Assembly: GCA_964016885.1 (NCBI GenBank)
Contig: OZ024744.1
Span: 83,328,001 to 83,392,000, forward strand
DNA length: 64,000 nt
Direction: 5' to 3'
Source of the DNA: Eledone cirrhosa
Lineage: Eukaryota
In this document: piece by piece, positions 1 to 15,997 of the stretch
How positions within the stretch are numbered: position 1 is the first letter of the stretch
How the letters are laid out: each line of letters begins with the position of its first letter
The notes under the pieces: generated by a model
The model's input: the letters and a program-made list of their open reading frames with translations, nothing else
Told to the model about the DNA's origin: nothing
The model's database searches: none
Made by a program: the position numbers and the translations under genes

Positions 1-118
1 GTTCAAATCCTGCCGAGGTTAACTTTGCTTTTTTTCATCGTTACGGGGTCAATAAAATAAGTACCAGTAATACACTGAGATAATGGCTGGCCTAGTGCCA
101 AACGTAGAAACAATTATT
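1..118 (+). mobile_element. tRNA-derived SINE (family A), 3' part, cut by window edge
   Basis: B box GTTCAAATCC, core gccgaggttaactttgc...ggggtcaataaaataagtaccagta, tail ...tagaaacaattatta, matching the many other copies in the window. Confidence 0.85.
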
Positions 119-552
119 AGTCCACAGTTTTCAGACCCCCACCTAATAATATAAATAGGTGAATAAATCTACCGAAACTCTTACAGGTCTGAGTGTTCCC
201 CATGGCACTACTGCACTTCTGTGACGAACTTTTAGTAGTAAATGTTCACAAAGTGTAAACTCTAATGAATGCATTGTTTTATATTTCTTTCAGAAATACG
301 GGCCTGAAAATCAACACTGATTCTCCCGTTCACATTCACGTGTTTTTTACCAGCTCCTGGAGCTGGAAATTCTACTATTTTGCTGTTAATTAAATATATT
401 TCCGTCTAAGCGTAAATGTATCCACCCAGGTTATATTTACCATTCTCACCAACCTTTCAGAAAGTCTTTTTGTAAAGCACATACCTAGAACCCTCACCTT
501 GCCCCTAAACGATACTTAAAAATAATGACAACAACAACAACAACAACATTGA

Positions 553-953
553 TAATGGTTTCTTATATAGGCACAAGGCCACAATTACCCAGTGCATTAC
601 TGGTACTTTATTTTATCGACCCCGTAAGGATGAAAGGCAAAGTTAACCTAGGCGGGATTTGAACTCAGAATGGCAAGGGCCGTAACTCTATGCGTCAAAG
701 CATGGCGTCTGACCCTCTACCGATACTGCCAATCCACCACCTTAATAATGGTTTCTTATATAGGCACAAGGCCAGTAATTTGGGGAGAGGAGAATGTTTA
801 TTAAATCGATCCCGGTTTGTTACTGGTACTTTACTTTATCGACACCGTTAGGATGAAAGGCAAAATTAACCTGGGAAGGATTTGAACTCAGAACGTAAAG
901 GACTGTAACTCTATGCTGTGGAGCATGGTAACCGACGCTCTATCGATACTGCC
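553..953 (-). mobile_element. Two tandem SINE family A copies (about 553-742 short form, about 744-953 long form)
   Basis: Reverse complement of A box TGGCAGTATCGG, B box GAGTTCAAATCC, core CTTTCATCCTTACGGGGTCGATAAAATAAAGTACCAG and TTA tail. Confidence 0.9.
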
Positions 954-1387
954 ATAATAATAGTAGTAAATCAATAAATAAATATATAAATAGGTAAATA
1001 AATAATGTCCTTTAAAACTGTAAAGCATCCTTGCAATTCTTACAACTTAATTGCTTATAGACGAGTTAGGATACCTAAACACCCAATGTTTTTAATTTTT
1101 AAGTCAGAAATAATAAGTATGATTGGGTGCGTAAAAAGAAAATTGTATTTCATAAATCTGACTGAATAAACTATTTTTAATTAATGGAAACTAAATAATG
1201 CGTACAAATGAATCTATTATCTATCTATTATATAAATATATTATTATTAAAATTTGACATGGTTTGCAACATAAATAAAATACATTGCGGAATTTAATTT
1301 CGAAATCAATTTAGTTATAACATCGAAGCTAAATACACACGCGCACACACACACTTTTTCCATATCTATCTATCTATCTATCTATTT

Positions 1388-1625
1388 GAGGAAAAGGAGG
1401 AGGAGAGGAAAGGAGTACAAACTCTTCGTACTCCTGGAGATGAGGGTTGCACATTTTTTTCGGGGGTATGTGTTACCCATATAAACTGTCTCCCTCTATT
1501 GGGGAAAATCGACTAACTTTTTAAATTGCATTTGTGATAACATTTTACACGTTTTTATTGTATGTAAACTTCCCCCTTTGTATTTGTTCCCTTCTTTTGT
1601 GCCCCTGTGGCTAATAAAGAAACAT
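1388..1625 (+). mobile_element. 3' UTR fragment of an L1/Tx1-like LINE
   Basis: Shares ggttgcacattttttt cggg and ccctgtggctaataaagaaa with the 3' ends at about 2290-2500 and about 35280-35306; (TATC)n on both sides. Confidence 0.7.
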
Positions 1626-1645
1626 ATCTATCTATCCATCTATCT

Positions 1646-2499
1646 CTTCGGAGAAGCCCTAGGCATGGAGGAAAACGAACTGGCCAACCTGTTCGGTAGG
1701 ACATTCAGCCCGGGACCTATGGATAACTTCCAGAGGTCCCTGGCCTGGCAGTACTACCAGAGGGACTCTGCCCGTTCGAGAAAAGCTCAATAGACACGGG
1801 CGCCCGGGTAGAGACCCTTCGAAAAAGATCTGTCCCAGATACGTGTGCGACGAGGAAACCGTTGCACACGCATTGGTACACTGCTCGGGCATTTCCGATC
1901 TGTGGGGCTATGTCGAACGACTGTTGTCACGGGTGGGACCGATCTGGTTGACCACCGAGTCTATTGTAACGATCAAGCCGCCTCCCCTCTTCAAAAACGA
2001 AGGAGAGGCGGTGTTTCTGTGCGTAATAGCCATGGTGAAAGAGGTTGTATGGTGGACGCGTCTGAAAGGACTGAGGTCAGACACCTTTCTCTCTGGCCAA
2101 CAACTGGTCCGTTTCTTCCGATATCATTTCGGAAGAAGGATCAGGATGGAGAGAGAGGTGCTGCACCCCAGCCGTTTCTATGAAAGATGGGTGAAAGTGG
2201 CGAGATTGGCCCGTGTGAATGGGCCTTCACTCTAAATAAGACTGTAGGTGAGAAAGATGAAAGATCAAGGGAGCACCCTCTCTCTGTGCTCCTGAAGGTT
2301 GCACACTTTTTTCGGGTGTGTGTGCGACCCCCCAAGGCGCCTCCTCCCTATTGAGGATTTTATTATTCAATTTATTTTTGTTATATTTTATATTTTTATA
2401 TTTTTATACTTTGTAATTGCCTCTTCCTTATTGAGGAGGCCTTTTTATGTAAACCCCCCTTCCCCACTCTTTGATGCCCTGGTGGCAAATAAAAAGAAA

Positions 2500-2500
<1 letters not shown>
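1646..2500 (+). mobile_element. 5'-truncated L1/Tx1-clade LINE: ORF2 C-terminus with zinc knuckle plus 3' UTR
   Basis: GC-richer block translating to CPRYVCDEETVAHALVHC...LWGYVERLL...KEVVWWTRLKG (C-x-x-C...E-T-x-x-H-x-x-x-x-C and W-x-x-R motifs of L1/Tx1 ORF2), with a stop upstream; ends in AATAAAAAGAAAG followed by (TC)n. Confidence 0.85.
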
Positions 2501-2656
<156 letters not shown>

Positions 2657-2740
2657 TGTTGACAATTAATCTTATACCTTAGATTTATTTAAATGTCCAG
2701 GACATTTAAATAAACCTAGGTATAAGACCTATTGTCAACA
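2657..2740. repeat. Near-perfect hairpin palindrome next to a (TA)n tract
   Basis: tgttgacaat...tttatttaaatgtcc A ggacatttaaataaa...attgtcaaca, 1-nt centre at 2699. Confidence 0.9.
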
Positions 2741-4519
2741 ATATCTTTTGCACATGCATTTTTATTCTATACCCATAGCTGCATTGCTTTGGCTTTACAA
2801 ATTCAAACCTTTATACCTCATTACACAATGCTTCAAGTGAACTATAACTTCCCCCATATATATATATTTATAAAGTCTATATTGAAATGTTTGTAATAAG
2901 TGTATACAAATATGTCATTTCCCCTGAAATATTGGCTGGATTTTCACTTATATTTTATTATTTTTCATAATAGCCTATGGTCTATATAGTATATAAATAA
3001 TTCATTTTTATTTCTATGCAATAAAGAATGTCACTCCAAATGTATCAGTGATGGTGTCCCTTAATCGGAAAGCTTTTAGAATCAAGGGCGATATGCAAGT
3101 GAACAAACATATGCATGATGCGTCTCTTCTAATAAAAATAGTAAATGTTGCAAATTCAAAGTGTGGAACTTATAATAAATTACTCATTTCGTCTTCGGGT
3201 TTAAACATTAGAAAAAAAAAAATTTTTTCATATTGAATTTTAGAGATTACATGAACGAAATGTTGCTCGTGTTTGAGGGTTCTTCATATCATCCCTACAT
3301 ACATGCTTGATCTGCTGTGGAACTTCTCTCGTGACATAGTGCACTAACTAAGAAAAGAGGGAATCATTGGATAATTTAGCCTTATATGTGATTGTATATA
3401 AATCGGTAGAGCTTCAGCTGGAACACGCTGGGATATTATTGTTTATCTGCTAAATCAGGGCTGGCCAGTAGATAAAGAACAACTGTAAAAATTACTATGG
3501 ATCAACAATTCCTCATACATTGCTACAATATATATGTCACATGTTTCAGCAATGCCAGACTATGAACCATATCAATATTTTAAAAATGTGTATTTATTAA
3601 TGCTCATATACAAGACGCTCAGCCCGCAACAAATCAATTCATATTCTGGTATTAAAGAAAGGAGTAGTTCATGATGGAAGAAGCCCTAGTGGATAAGACC
3701 GCCTACCTGTTTTATTCACAAATACATGTACCACATAAACTCACCAATACATTTTTGATTATGCAGTGGGGTCTAAAGTATAGTACGTCAAGAAAATAGT
3801 CGTTCTGCATCCAATATGACTTCTTGATCACCGGTGACCTGGAGATACACAAGGACAAGAAGCACATATATATTCGCACTTTCCCTCTATCTCTTCACGC
3901 ATGCATTGAAACACACACACACTTCGAAATTAATATCTCATGGCAATGAGTTATGAATATCGATGTTATTAATAAAACATATATGAGGTATTACTACCAT
4001 ACATGAGGAAGGCGCACAAACACTAAACGTTTTCTGTAGGATTTGCATATAAAGATGAATTTACACAACGCAAATCAAAATAAATCTTCAAAACAAGAAC
4101 AGTTTGTGTAATGGGGTAATTGTCCTACATTGATAATGGTACTATTACAAAAATGTAAAGTTACAAAACCACTGTAAAAAATGTAGAATGTAGATTGAAA
4201 AACGAATATCTGAATTATATTTCGAGCCCTATTCATTGAGTTTCTAGAACACAAGTCAAATAGACACAAGGCTGTCGCTCTATTCTTAGTATCACACGGA
4301 CAGATCTAAGGTATATATTCAATAATATGACATTTTCTGTCTAAATTCTACACGTTGTCTATGTATTCCGCTTACGGCCCTTTCAGAATCGAATGATTAG
4401 TCTGAAACTGCGACAATGGACCCATTTCGTGCATTGTTAAGAATCAATAGGGCTACCTTAGATATATCGATTCGTGTTACTTCCGTGCAACGTAACTTCG
4501 AAGTTGAAATCAGATAGAT

Positions 4520-4711
4520 ATAAACATACATACATACTAACATGCATGTATACATAAATGATACATACATATATATACACACAAACATGCATGTGTACAT
4601 ACATACAAACACATACACACAAGTATATATGTGTGTGTATATATGTATGTATATGTATCTTTATATATATAGTTATACGTACACACACATCTATACATAC
4701 ATATATGTATG

Positions 4712-4787
<76 letters not shown>

Positions 4788-4841
4788 TTTCTATATATAT
4801 ATATATATATATTTCTATATATATATATGTATATATATTTC

Positions 4842-4872
<31 letters not shown>

Positions 4873-5055
4873 GTGTGTATATATATATGTATATATATAT
4901 ATAAATGTACATACCTATATAAATGTATATATAATATATATGTACATATGTGTTTGTGCGTGTGTGTGTATGTCTGTGTATATAGAGGTACGAATGTATG
5001 AATGTATATGTATGTATATTTGTGTGTGTGAATGTGTGGGTATACGTGTATGTTT
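4520..5055. repeat. Compound (CA)/(TA)/(TG) microsatellite field
   Basis: Direct reading; source of spurious YIYI ORFs. Confidence 0.95.
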
Positions 5056-5409
5056 ATAATCTCTGCTTCTTCAATTTCTCTCTATATATATATCTTGTCA
5101 GTTCACATGTTCACCATTATTATTAGAAAACAGAGGATTCGATGCTCATTCGAAATATCTATGTTAAAAATTCCATGCTTGAGGAATGGAAGGGGGAGAT
5201 ATATAGAGGCGTTCCTACTCTTTTCTAGTTGGGAAATGTTATGCAGTCGAAGAGGTCCTTATCAAGACAGCATTCAAATATAGATGTGTTTATAGATAAA
5301 TCTAAACAGAAATAGCCCTAGAGAAAGAAAAAAAAATCGAGAGAAGGTATGGGGAAATCAGAATGTATGTGTTTATGTGTATGTGTATGTGCATGAGGGT
5401 GGAGTGAGA

Positions 5410-5473
<64 letters not shown>

Positions 5474-5697
5474 AGAGAGAGAGGGAGAGAGAGAGAGAGA
5501 GAGAGAGAGATAAATTCAAAGAAAGGAAGAGTTTATAGCTATAGAACTAATAAAGCCAAACTATGGAGGGTAAATAAAAAAGAAACTGCACGAAAATGGT
5601 CGTGTATTATATTGTAAAGTAAGAAACGATAGCAACAACAATAATGATAATATTTGTAATAACAATAAAAGTAACAACAACTATAATAATAATAATG

Positions 5698-5734
<37 letters not shown>

Positions 5735-6404
5735 AGTACAAAATGACAATAAGAAGAAAGAATCGAAAGAAAAATATAAGAAAAAAAAATAAAAAAGAAG
5801 AGAATATTATAAATGTTACGATGATAAATTTATGAGGGTAGATCTAATTCTATGGAATGACGGGGAGAGAACTAAAGCATGTTTTCTTGTTAATCTAGTT
5901 GTTGGTTTTAATGTTGTAGCTACGTTCGCTGCATTAGATATTACTATTATTATTTATATTATTGTTATCTGCAATAAAGGAACGGTTAATAACAGTTATA
6001 ATACGCGAAGATTTTCATTTGCTTAGCATATAGAAAACGAACGAACAAATAAACACATATTTTTAATTAATTTAAAGAAAGAGTATTTCGCATATTTAAT
6101 ACATCTTTTATACTATTTTCTAGTTACTATTTTGTATTGTATTGCTGTGAAGCTAATGGATAAGGAAAGAAATAGTTATTCTCGTTATTTCATTCCTGTA
6201 CACACACACGGTCGCGCGCGTGCACACACACAGACACACACACACACACATACACACATTCACACACATACACACACACATGGACACACAAGCATACAGA
6301 CCCTTACATATATATATATATGTGTGTGTGTGTGCGCGCGCGTTTGTGTATGTGTGTGAGTTCGTGAGTATTCATGCATAATATATATACATAATATATA
6401 TATA

Positions 6405-6444
6405 TATATATATCATATATTATATATATATTATATTACATGGT

Positions 6445-6506
<62 letters not shown>

Positions 6507-6508
6507 CT

Positions 6509-6543
<35 letters not shown>

Positions 6544-6648
6544 CTATCATATATTATATATATATTATATTACATGGTATACATGTATATATATATATAT
6601 ATATTTCTATCATATATTATATATATATTATATTACATGGTATACATG

Positions 6649-6680
<32 letters not shown>
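6405..6680. repeat. About 60-bp tandem unit built around (TA)n
   Basis: tatcatatattatatatatattatattacatggtatacatg recurs at about 6411, 6545 and 6608. Confidence 0.85.
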
Positions 6681-6682
<2 letters not shown>

Positions 6683-6909
6683 GAAATAATAATATCTGCT
6701 ACCTACCAGTTTATATACTTTAAATCTAAACACATATGTATGCATGTGTGTGTGTGTATATGTATGTATGTGTGTATGTATGTATGTATGTGTGTATGTA
6801 TGTAGCTGCATATTAATCTCTCTTTCTACCTCTCTCTCTCACACACACACTCATAGATATTTACATATATGTACACATATACATTCATACATTTCTCTCT
6901 CTGCTCATG

Positions 6910-6961
<52 letters not shown>

Positions 6962-8250
6962 TGTGTGTGTGTATCAACTTACATAGTGATATACACGCAT
7001 AGACATAGCCTCAATAGCTATGAGTTATACATTACATTCCTGCTATTTTCCTTCAATATCCGGCTGAATTAGTTGCTAGCACAAAACATCTGCTTACTAT
7101 GTTACCACTCCTTCGAGATTCTCGGTTTCCTATCACGAGAATAAATATAATTCTTTAAATGAAATTACCGGCAATGGCCGCCTGTGAACTGAACGCTTTG
7201 CTATCCACTATTTTGCTTCTGTACTAGTCTCCACGTAATCAAATAAAATCCCGTTCTTTTTGCACATTGGTTTCTATTATCTTTTTTTTTCTGAAATATC
7301 TTCCCCTAATTCCTTCCTTTGCCCTGTTTTAAATATTTTCGCATTCAACAGTACGTGCGTGTTCAGTCGAGAGAGTACCATATTAAAATATTTACAGATT
7401 TTAGCTATGTTTCCTTCTACATTTCGTGTCTTGAAACATGATGGTAATATGAAACCGTCATGTGTATGCCTTTTCCAACCTTTATTTTTTTTTTAGTGTA
7501 ACAAAATTCACGTCTTTAACTGTGAATCGAAGCAGTTTTAAGGAATCAGCTCAGAGAAGAACTTACTTTAGATTTCTAGCTTTGAATACCTGTATTTTAA
7601 AATTAGAAAGAAATCTTCATTTCATTTTCATTTCCTTCTACATGGATATTTCTTCACAGAAAGCTGTGTTTCCTATAAAATTTCGACTCTCGGGTGAACC
7701 ACTATATCAATTTGTTCCTTGGACATGAGATAGTTAATATTTCTTATTTGTAATCGTTTTTTCAGTAATTTTGGAATGTGGTATAAAACAGTTAGATTCC
7801 TGACAATATCATTCTTTAATACTTTGCGAAGTTCAAACTTTCTTATCCTTCGTCACCAGTTTTTTTTTTATATCAAGACAGAAAAAAAATCAATTTTGGA
7901 ATCTTGTATTTGTCTGATTTATCAAATTTGGTCATTTTAGAAACAGTGACAAACGTTAGATGGCTACAAGTAAAATTTCATACGATCTAAAGTTAGAGAA
8001 TTTGAAATTAGACTATTAGATATTTTGTATTGTGTTATAGGGTGTTACTTATAAAAAATGGTAAGAAGTCAAATGTCACAAGGTTCTTTAGATTCAGAGC
8101 TGAAATCCCGCAAAGGACTTCTTTGTTTTTAATGCTTCTGGAGTCGATACAGTAAAGCACAAATTAAGTTCGTAGGTCAATATGGCCAACCGTCCATTTC
8201 TTCAAAAGAAATACACACACGTACACACACAAACGCACATACATATAAAC

Positions 8251-8888
<638 letters not shown>

Positions 8889-9108
8889 ACATACATATAT
8901 CTATATATATATATATATATACATACATATATACATACATACATATATATATACATACATGTATATATATATATACATATACATACATATATACATATAT
9001 ACATATATACATACATACATGCATACATCCATATATATACACACACGCATACATATTTATATGTTTGAGGTTCTTCACACTCGTAATGCGAACTAAGTTA
9101 AGACTGTA

Positions 9109-9152
<44 letters not shown>

Positions 9153-9182
9153 ACGCACACACACATATATATATATATATAT

Positions 9183-9305
9183 ATAGCTTTCACCGTATTT
9201 TTGACTAAAGGAATTTTTTTAGCCTGATAATGGGGTTTAGAACCCTCAGATAAATGGAAAATAATGAGTATTGACGTACATGTATAAAAATACGGTGAAA
9301 GCTAT
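9183..9305. repeat. 20-bp inverted repeat beside a (TA)n tract
   Basis: atagctttcaccgtattttt ... aaaaatacggtgaaagctat. Confidence 0.85.
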
Positions 9306-9435
9306 TCTACTTTCTAATTTCAAACCTGCTCAATGTTTCAAAACATACTTACTTGATATATATATATAACTTCCTCCTATATATATATGTATATATATAG
9401 ATGTATGTATATATATATGTATATATATGTATATA

Positions 9436-9468
<33 letters not shown>

Positions 9469-9756
9469 ATATATATATATATAGTCAACTTGCTGCTACC
9501 AAGATGAAAACTACTATGAAATCCCACACTGAATTTTATACTTGAATTTTCATATCTCAAATTTTAACTCTTATTATTAATTTTTCTTAATATTAATCAA
9601 CATTTGAAAAGATGGCTTTTGCAGACCCATTGAAACCGGTCATTTTTTATACCCTTTATTCTTTCCTTACCTTATAAAATTATATGTTTTTTCACAAAAA
9701 AGTATTCTGTCTCTTATATATTCCATGTGCCATTACCAACCTCAATTTTTTCTCTC

Positions 9757-9906
<150 letters not shown>

Positions 9907-10429
9907 TAGTGTAGGTAAGTGAAAAGAAGTGGTTTGTCCCATATTAAATATTTACAACTGGAATTAATGTTATAATTTATTACAAACTAAAACTTAACAT
10001 TTGGATCTGAGGAGTTTCAATTGCAAGTAAATTATATGCATTTGTAGGTGCGTATGTGAGCTGATGAATGACTTTCTCCGTGTGTGAAAATGTGTGTATG
10101 TGTGCGTATGTGTGCGTGTGCGTTTATGTGTGTATGTGTGTGTGTGCGTGCGTGTGCGCGCGTGTGTGTGTGTGAATATACGTCTTCGAATGTAGTGTTT
10201 CTGCTTAAAGTGCTATCTCTTAAAGCAAAACCTGATGAAGGAACATTTTTTCGGAATGAAACTAGTTCTTGCAGGTAAAGAGCGCCATCTCAACCAATTC
10301 CTACGGATTCGGCTTTAGTATTATATTCCAATATAAGAAAATATCTACAGCAGAAATAAAGATGTTAGATTGGCTTTTGACTACCTCTGCATATACATAC
10401 AAATATGAATATATGTTAGTACGTATGTA

Positions 10430-10478
<49 letters not shown>

Positions 10479-10557
10479 ATACACACACACATATATATAT
10501 TATATAAATATATATATAATATATATATCAATATATTCATCAATTTATATATGTGCG

Positions 10558-10589
<32 letters not shown>

Positions 10590-10596
<7 letters not shown>

Positions 10597-10795
10597 TAAA
10601 ATAACAGATTAAAGTTTAAGCAAAGAATCGCTGCTTTGACCCTTAACGGGATCTTCTGAAACGTTAAGGGTGAAAGCAGCGATTCTTTGCTTAAACTTTA
10701 ATCTGTTATTTTAATAAATACGGTTCTTATATATTTGATATATATTTATCATTATCGAGCGCTCTTTGGATTTTATTCTTCAAATTTATTATTAT

Positions 10796-10800
<5 letters not shown>
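10590..10800 (+). mobile_element. Fold-back repeat family P2 (hammerhead-derived palindrome plus tail)
   Basis: Palindrome about 10590-10720; homologous to 19866-20092 and 33894-33940; (TA)n flanks. Confidence 0.85.
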
Positions 10801-10864
<64 letters not shown>

Positions 10865-10931
10865 CATATATGTGTGCATACACGTATTGTATACAAACAC
10901 ACACACACACATTCACACAGACAGACACACA

Positions 10932-11019
<88 letters not shown>

Positions 11020-12249
11020 CATACGTATATATGTGGAGGTACGTGCGTGTATGCATAAATACTTATGTTCAATTCTAACTACTAATCAGCCGATGAATCG
11101 TTCCAGTAGAGAATAAAGTGCTACAAATGGTAAGAGAGCCATTATGACGAACTTTTACCGTCATATCAAATTATATTCTGTATCCTTATGGGAATGTATT
11201 TACATGAAATAATTGTATCGATTATGTCCCCTGTTCATTATTATAATAAATAACCGAAGACACTAAGACTTCGATGTCTGGCGAAACGTAGTCCTACGAA
11301 TTAAAACATATAATAATCTATTGTTGAATCATAAACGCCTATAAGTTGTACCTTCAGAGCATTTTAGTATATCACATACATTCATGTACATTCATGTTAA
11401 CTAAACATATGATATAAATGTATATCATCATAATATATCGACTACATGTATGAAATCTTAGTACAAGATATACATGCACAGAAACATGCATACAAACACA
11501 CCAACACACATATATACACACACACACACACACACCAACACGCATACACACAGAAACATGCATACAAACACACCAACACACATATACACACACACACACA
11601 CACACCACCACGCATACACACACACATACACACACACATATATATATATATCTGCATATATCCATGAAACAATTATTTAGTAGAAGTGATTGCGGAAGCC
11701 ATGATCGTTACAGGTATTCCTTATACTGCTGATCATACAAGGATGTTGGTGCAAGTTCTGAACCATTTTAGGCTGCTGTCAATAAGGAAAACTAAAACAG
11801 AGACGGTGTAAGTTCCACGGATTTATCCTCCAGGGGATGAATAACTGGGATTAGTAGTTAATTCGGGGTTTGTGGATAGCGAATCTTAAGTAATGACGAA
11901 ATAAGGCGACAAGTTGGTATGTCTGACTTGTTCTCTTATGTTGACATATACAAGACTGCACGTATCAAGTAAAGAGATGGGTGGACAAGCAGATAAATAG
12001 CCACTATAATGGATATAACAGTGAGGATAATTATAGAACTAGAGAGGTATGCTAGGAAACGCGATAGTGTTTGTATAAAGCAAGCCCACATGCATATATA
12101 TGCATATATATATATATGTATGTATGTATGAATGTAAGTATGTATGTATGTATGACCGTACTTACATATGTATATTTATGTGTTGAAGTGTGAATGGACG
12201 GAAGCAGAGAGAGACAGAAGTGGGAGAGAGAGAGAGAGAGGTGGGAGAG

Positions 12250-12291
<42 letters not shown>

Positions 12292-14065
12292 TGAAGAAAG
12301 CAGTGCATCAACGATTGTTCGAAGGATAATTTGGAAAATGGTTGGATTACTAGATGGATGGACAAATGGTTGAATGACTAGATGGAAGTGCAGGTGTACG
12401 TGTAAATAAATCTGTGGTTACATGAGAAAACTGAAATAGGTCGTGTCTAGTTTATTTCTACTTACTGCATAAGTAGGAAGAGGAAATAAAAACATAATAT
12501 ATAAACGTACAGAATGAAAATCTAAACAAAATATAATAGCAATAACAGCATTAAAAACAACACATATGACATCAACAGCCTCAAGAAAAATCAACAACAA
12601 ATAGACCACATGAACTACCAATATAATACCGAGAAAAGACTAAGAAATTCAACGAATAGAAAAGCGTTATATCTATCGAAGAAGCTAGAGTAAAGGAAAG
12701 TAATCTTTCCTGGTTGTTGAGAAGTTGAGATTAACATAAATGTTCATAAACGTCGTAGATCCTCTTGGAATAGTTCAGGCAGAAACATATTCGCTGTAGA
12801 TTTTATTTACAACTTACGTTCTGAATACACATTACAGGATTTCGGTTGCTTTGTTATTTCGTTGTTTGTGCTATTCTAACAAACGAATTGCGTAGGCTTT
12901 CAATCAAGAAATGGACATTGTATAAAGATAGATCGAATTAGATGAAAGCAGGTTTAGCGAGAATATTTCTATAAAATTACTCATGCATCTCCAATAGTGT
13001 ACGCACCAACGGTTTTGGTTACGGCGAGAAATTAAAGTTTCTTTCAGTGCTTCTGGTAAAGACATAATACATGACCAAACTGCAAAACATGCACGCATAT
13101 ACATTTACACAGACAGAAACATAGACAAATACAAACACACCCACGCACACACTCATACACACACACACACACATAGACATACACACACACAGACACGCAC
13201 CCACACCTAAACACACTCGCATTTCACGCATACACATGTATATATAATCTAACATTTCTTACAATAGACGATCAAAGTGAAACTCCACGCACACTAACGC
13301 ACATTAATATTATCTGTATGTTTGTGTGTGGGTTTGTTTGTGTGTTTGCGTGTGTGTGTGAGAGAGTGTGTGTGAGAGTGTGTGTGAGAGTGTGTGTGTG
13401 TGAGTGTGTGTGATTGTGTGTGTATTTCTCTGCATTTGTCTAAGTTTGATCTAAATATATATATTTATGTCAGGTCACTATTAGAGATAATAGCATCATG
13501 TAATCCAGTACAACCTGTTACCTAATAGGGTTGATAGGGTTGTCGGTGTCTAAACAAGCACCACAAGGAAGCTAGATAATGCTAAAAACAGAGTGCGACA
13601 AAAATAACATCTGTCAAATGTGTAACTGATCCCAACAATAGGTCAACGACAGTAGCACTACAAAAACCGAATACAAACATACTCAAAATATCGAAGCACC
13701 ACGTTCCATGATACCTTTGTTGATGATGGTACCCCTCAAAGCAAAATACATTGATATCAGGCACATGTATTATCTAGTTTTTGTATATTATAAAATACAT
13801 ATATTATTCAGAATATATTGATATATGGCTATCTAGTTTTGTCGCAACATTATACAGTTCAAAATTCAAAAGTAACATCAATCGTCAACTTTATTTTCCT
13901 TAAATTATGTACACTTGGTCTTACTTGGGGTAAAATGAAAAACACATATACCATACAAACGCGCGCACACGCATATATAAGTAAAGTGTGGTTGTTATCT
14001 CTAAAATCATGTTTGGAAACAAAAATTCATCTTATTTGAATGAAGGTATCTGTATACAAATGTAA

Positions 14066-14124
<59 letters not shown>

Positions 14125-14222
14125 TACAGAGAGAGAGAGAGTGAGAAATACATACTTATATACATATATGTATATGTACATACACACACATATATATGTA
14201 CACACACACATACATATATATG

Positions 14223-14301
<79 letters not shown>

Positions 14302-14370
14302 ACATATATATGTGTGTGTATGTACATATACATATATGTATATAAGTATGTATTTCTCACTCTCTCTCTC

Positions 14371-14445
<75 letters not shown>
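14066..14445. repeat. Large palindrome with a (TA)n centre
   Basis: cagagagagagagagtgagaaatacatacttatatac... (from 14127) is mirrored by ...gtatataagtatgtatttctcactctctctctctctg (to 14374); outer gcata/tatgc also mirrored. Confidence 0.9.
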
Positions 14446-14446
<1 letters not shown>

Positions 14447-14589
14447 TTTATATATCTCCCTCTCTTCACTTCTATCTCAATGCACACAAAGATATATAAA
14501 GATATATATATGAGTGCGTGTGTGTGTGTGTGTGTGTAAGTATGTATATAAATATACATATATGTCTGTAGGTGTGCGTGTATGTGTTT

Positions 14590-14774
<185 letters not shown>

Positions 14775-15557
14775 ATGTATACATATAAAAATGCACCAGG
14801 CAGACTATCTTACCCACCAAACAATCTATTGTAGAAGGTTAGTAAATAGCTGGTTCTGTCTCCATTTCTTTTTTCTTTTAACTCTGCCTTTCTTACAATT
14901 TCTATTGTGTTTTATTCTTTTTTCATCAAGTCTTTTATTCGTCAATTCTTTCGATTTTTTTTTGTTCTCCTTGTACCACTTCTTTTCTTTTCTTTTCTTT
15001 TTTTTTATTTTCTTTCTTCATACCCATTTCGACATTCCAACAACCATTCCTTTCATTCAGCAAAAATGGTATATTATGAAACAAAAAGCAAATGAAAAGA
15101 AAACAGTAAAATAAAACCAATATTCATAAAAACGAAAGAAAGAAAGAAAAAAAACAAAAACCAAAATACAAATAAAAAATTTGAAAACAACAACAATAAA
15201 TAAATATAACAATAAAAAGTAAAGAAAAGCCAAAGAAAGGTACTTTAATTACACACCAGTGTTTCTTGCAAGAAAACTAATTAGAATAGTGTAAGGATTT
15301 CACCCAAAAGTTTTGTAACACGACGAAGTTAGACGCCATATTAATTAAGTGTACACTCACTGGTGTGTCTCCTATGGAACAGTCACTATTGAAATTCTTG
15401 TGAGCATTAATAGAAACAAAAAGAACAATAACCAAAAAAAAAAATAGACACTTACATACAGGTACACAAGAATACTCACACACTCGCATGTATCTATCTA
15501 TCTATCTATATATGTATATAGACACGTATGTACGTGTATATATATATATATAAATAA

Positions 15558-15615
<58 letters not shown>

Positions 15616-15639
15616 ATATATATAAATTATATATATATA

Positions 15640-15797
15640 AATGATTGTTTCTACTTTTGGCACAAAGCCAGCAATTGATTATCTCAGTGCATTACTGGTA
15701 CTTTATTTTATCGACCCCGTAAGTTAACCTTGGCGGGATTTGAACTCAGATCGCAAAGGGGCGTAACTCTATGCTACCGATGCTGCCAATCCACCTC
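15640..15797 (-). mobile_element. SINE family A, internally deleted
   Basis: Reverse complement of head, B box, core and tail, with gaps. Confidence 0.85.
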
Positions 15798-15950
15798 CTT
15801 ATATATATATATATATATATATATAATGAGAGTATGTGTCTGTGTATATATATATGTATATATTTATCTATCTATCTCTATATATACCTACACACACATA
15901 CAACACACACACATATATACATAAATATATATATGTATGTTATGTATCGT

Positions 15951-15997
<47 letters not shown>

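Noticed and set aside
294-430. Possible exon after tttcag
   Set aside because: The readable frame stops after about 32 codons, there is no recognisable homology and the donor is weak.
9600-9650. tgaaaagatgg...ccattGAAAccgGTC motif, with similar cases at about 11252-11295, 17425-17480 and 17605-17645
   Set aside because: The CUGANGA box is broken and stem I does not pair convincingly; probably decayed ribozymes but not supportable one by one.
10222-10280. CTGATGA...GAAAC hammerhead candidate
   Set aside because: Stems II and III are disrupted; at best a decayed remnant.
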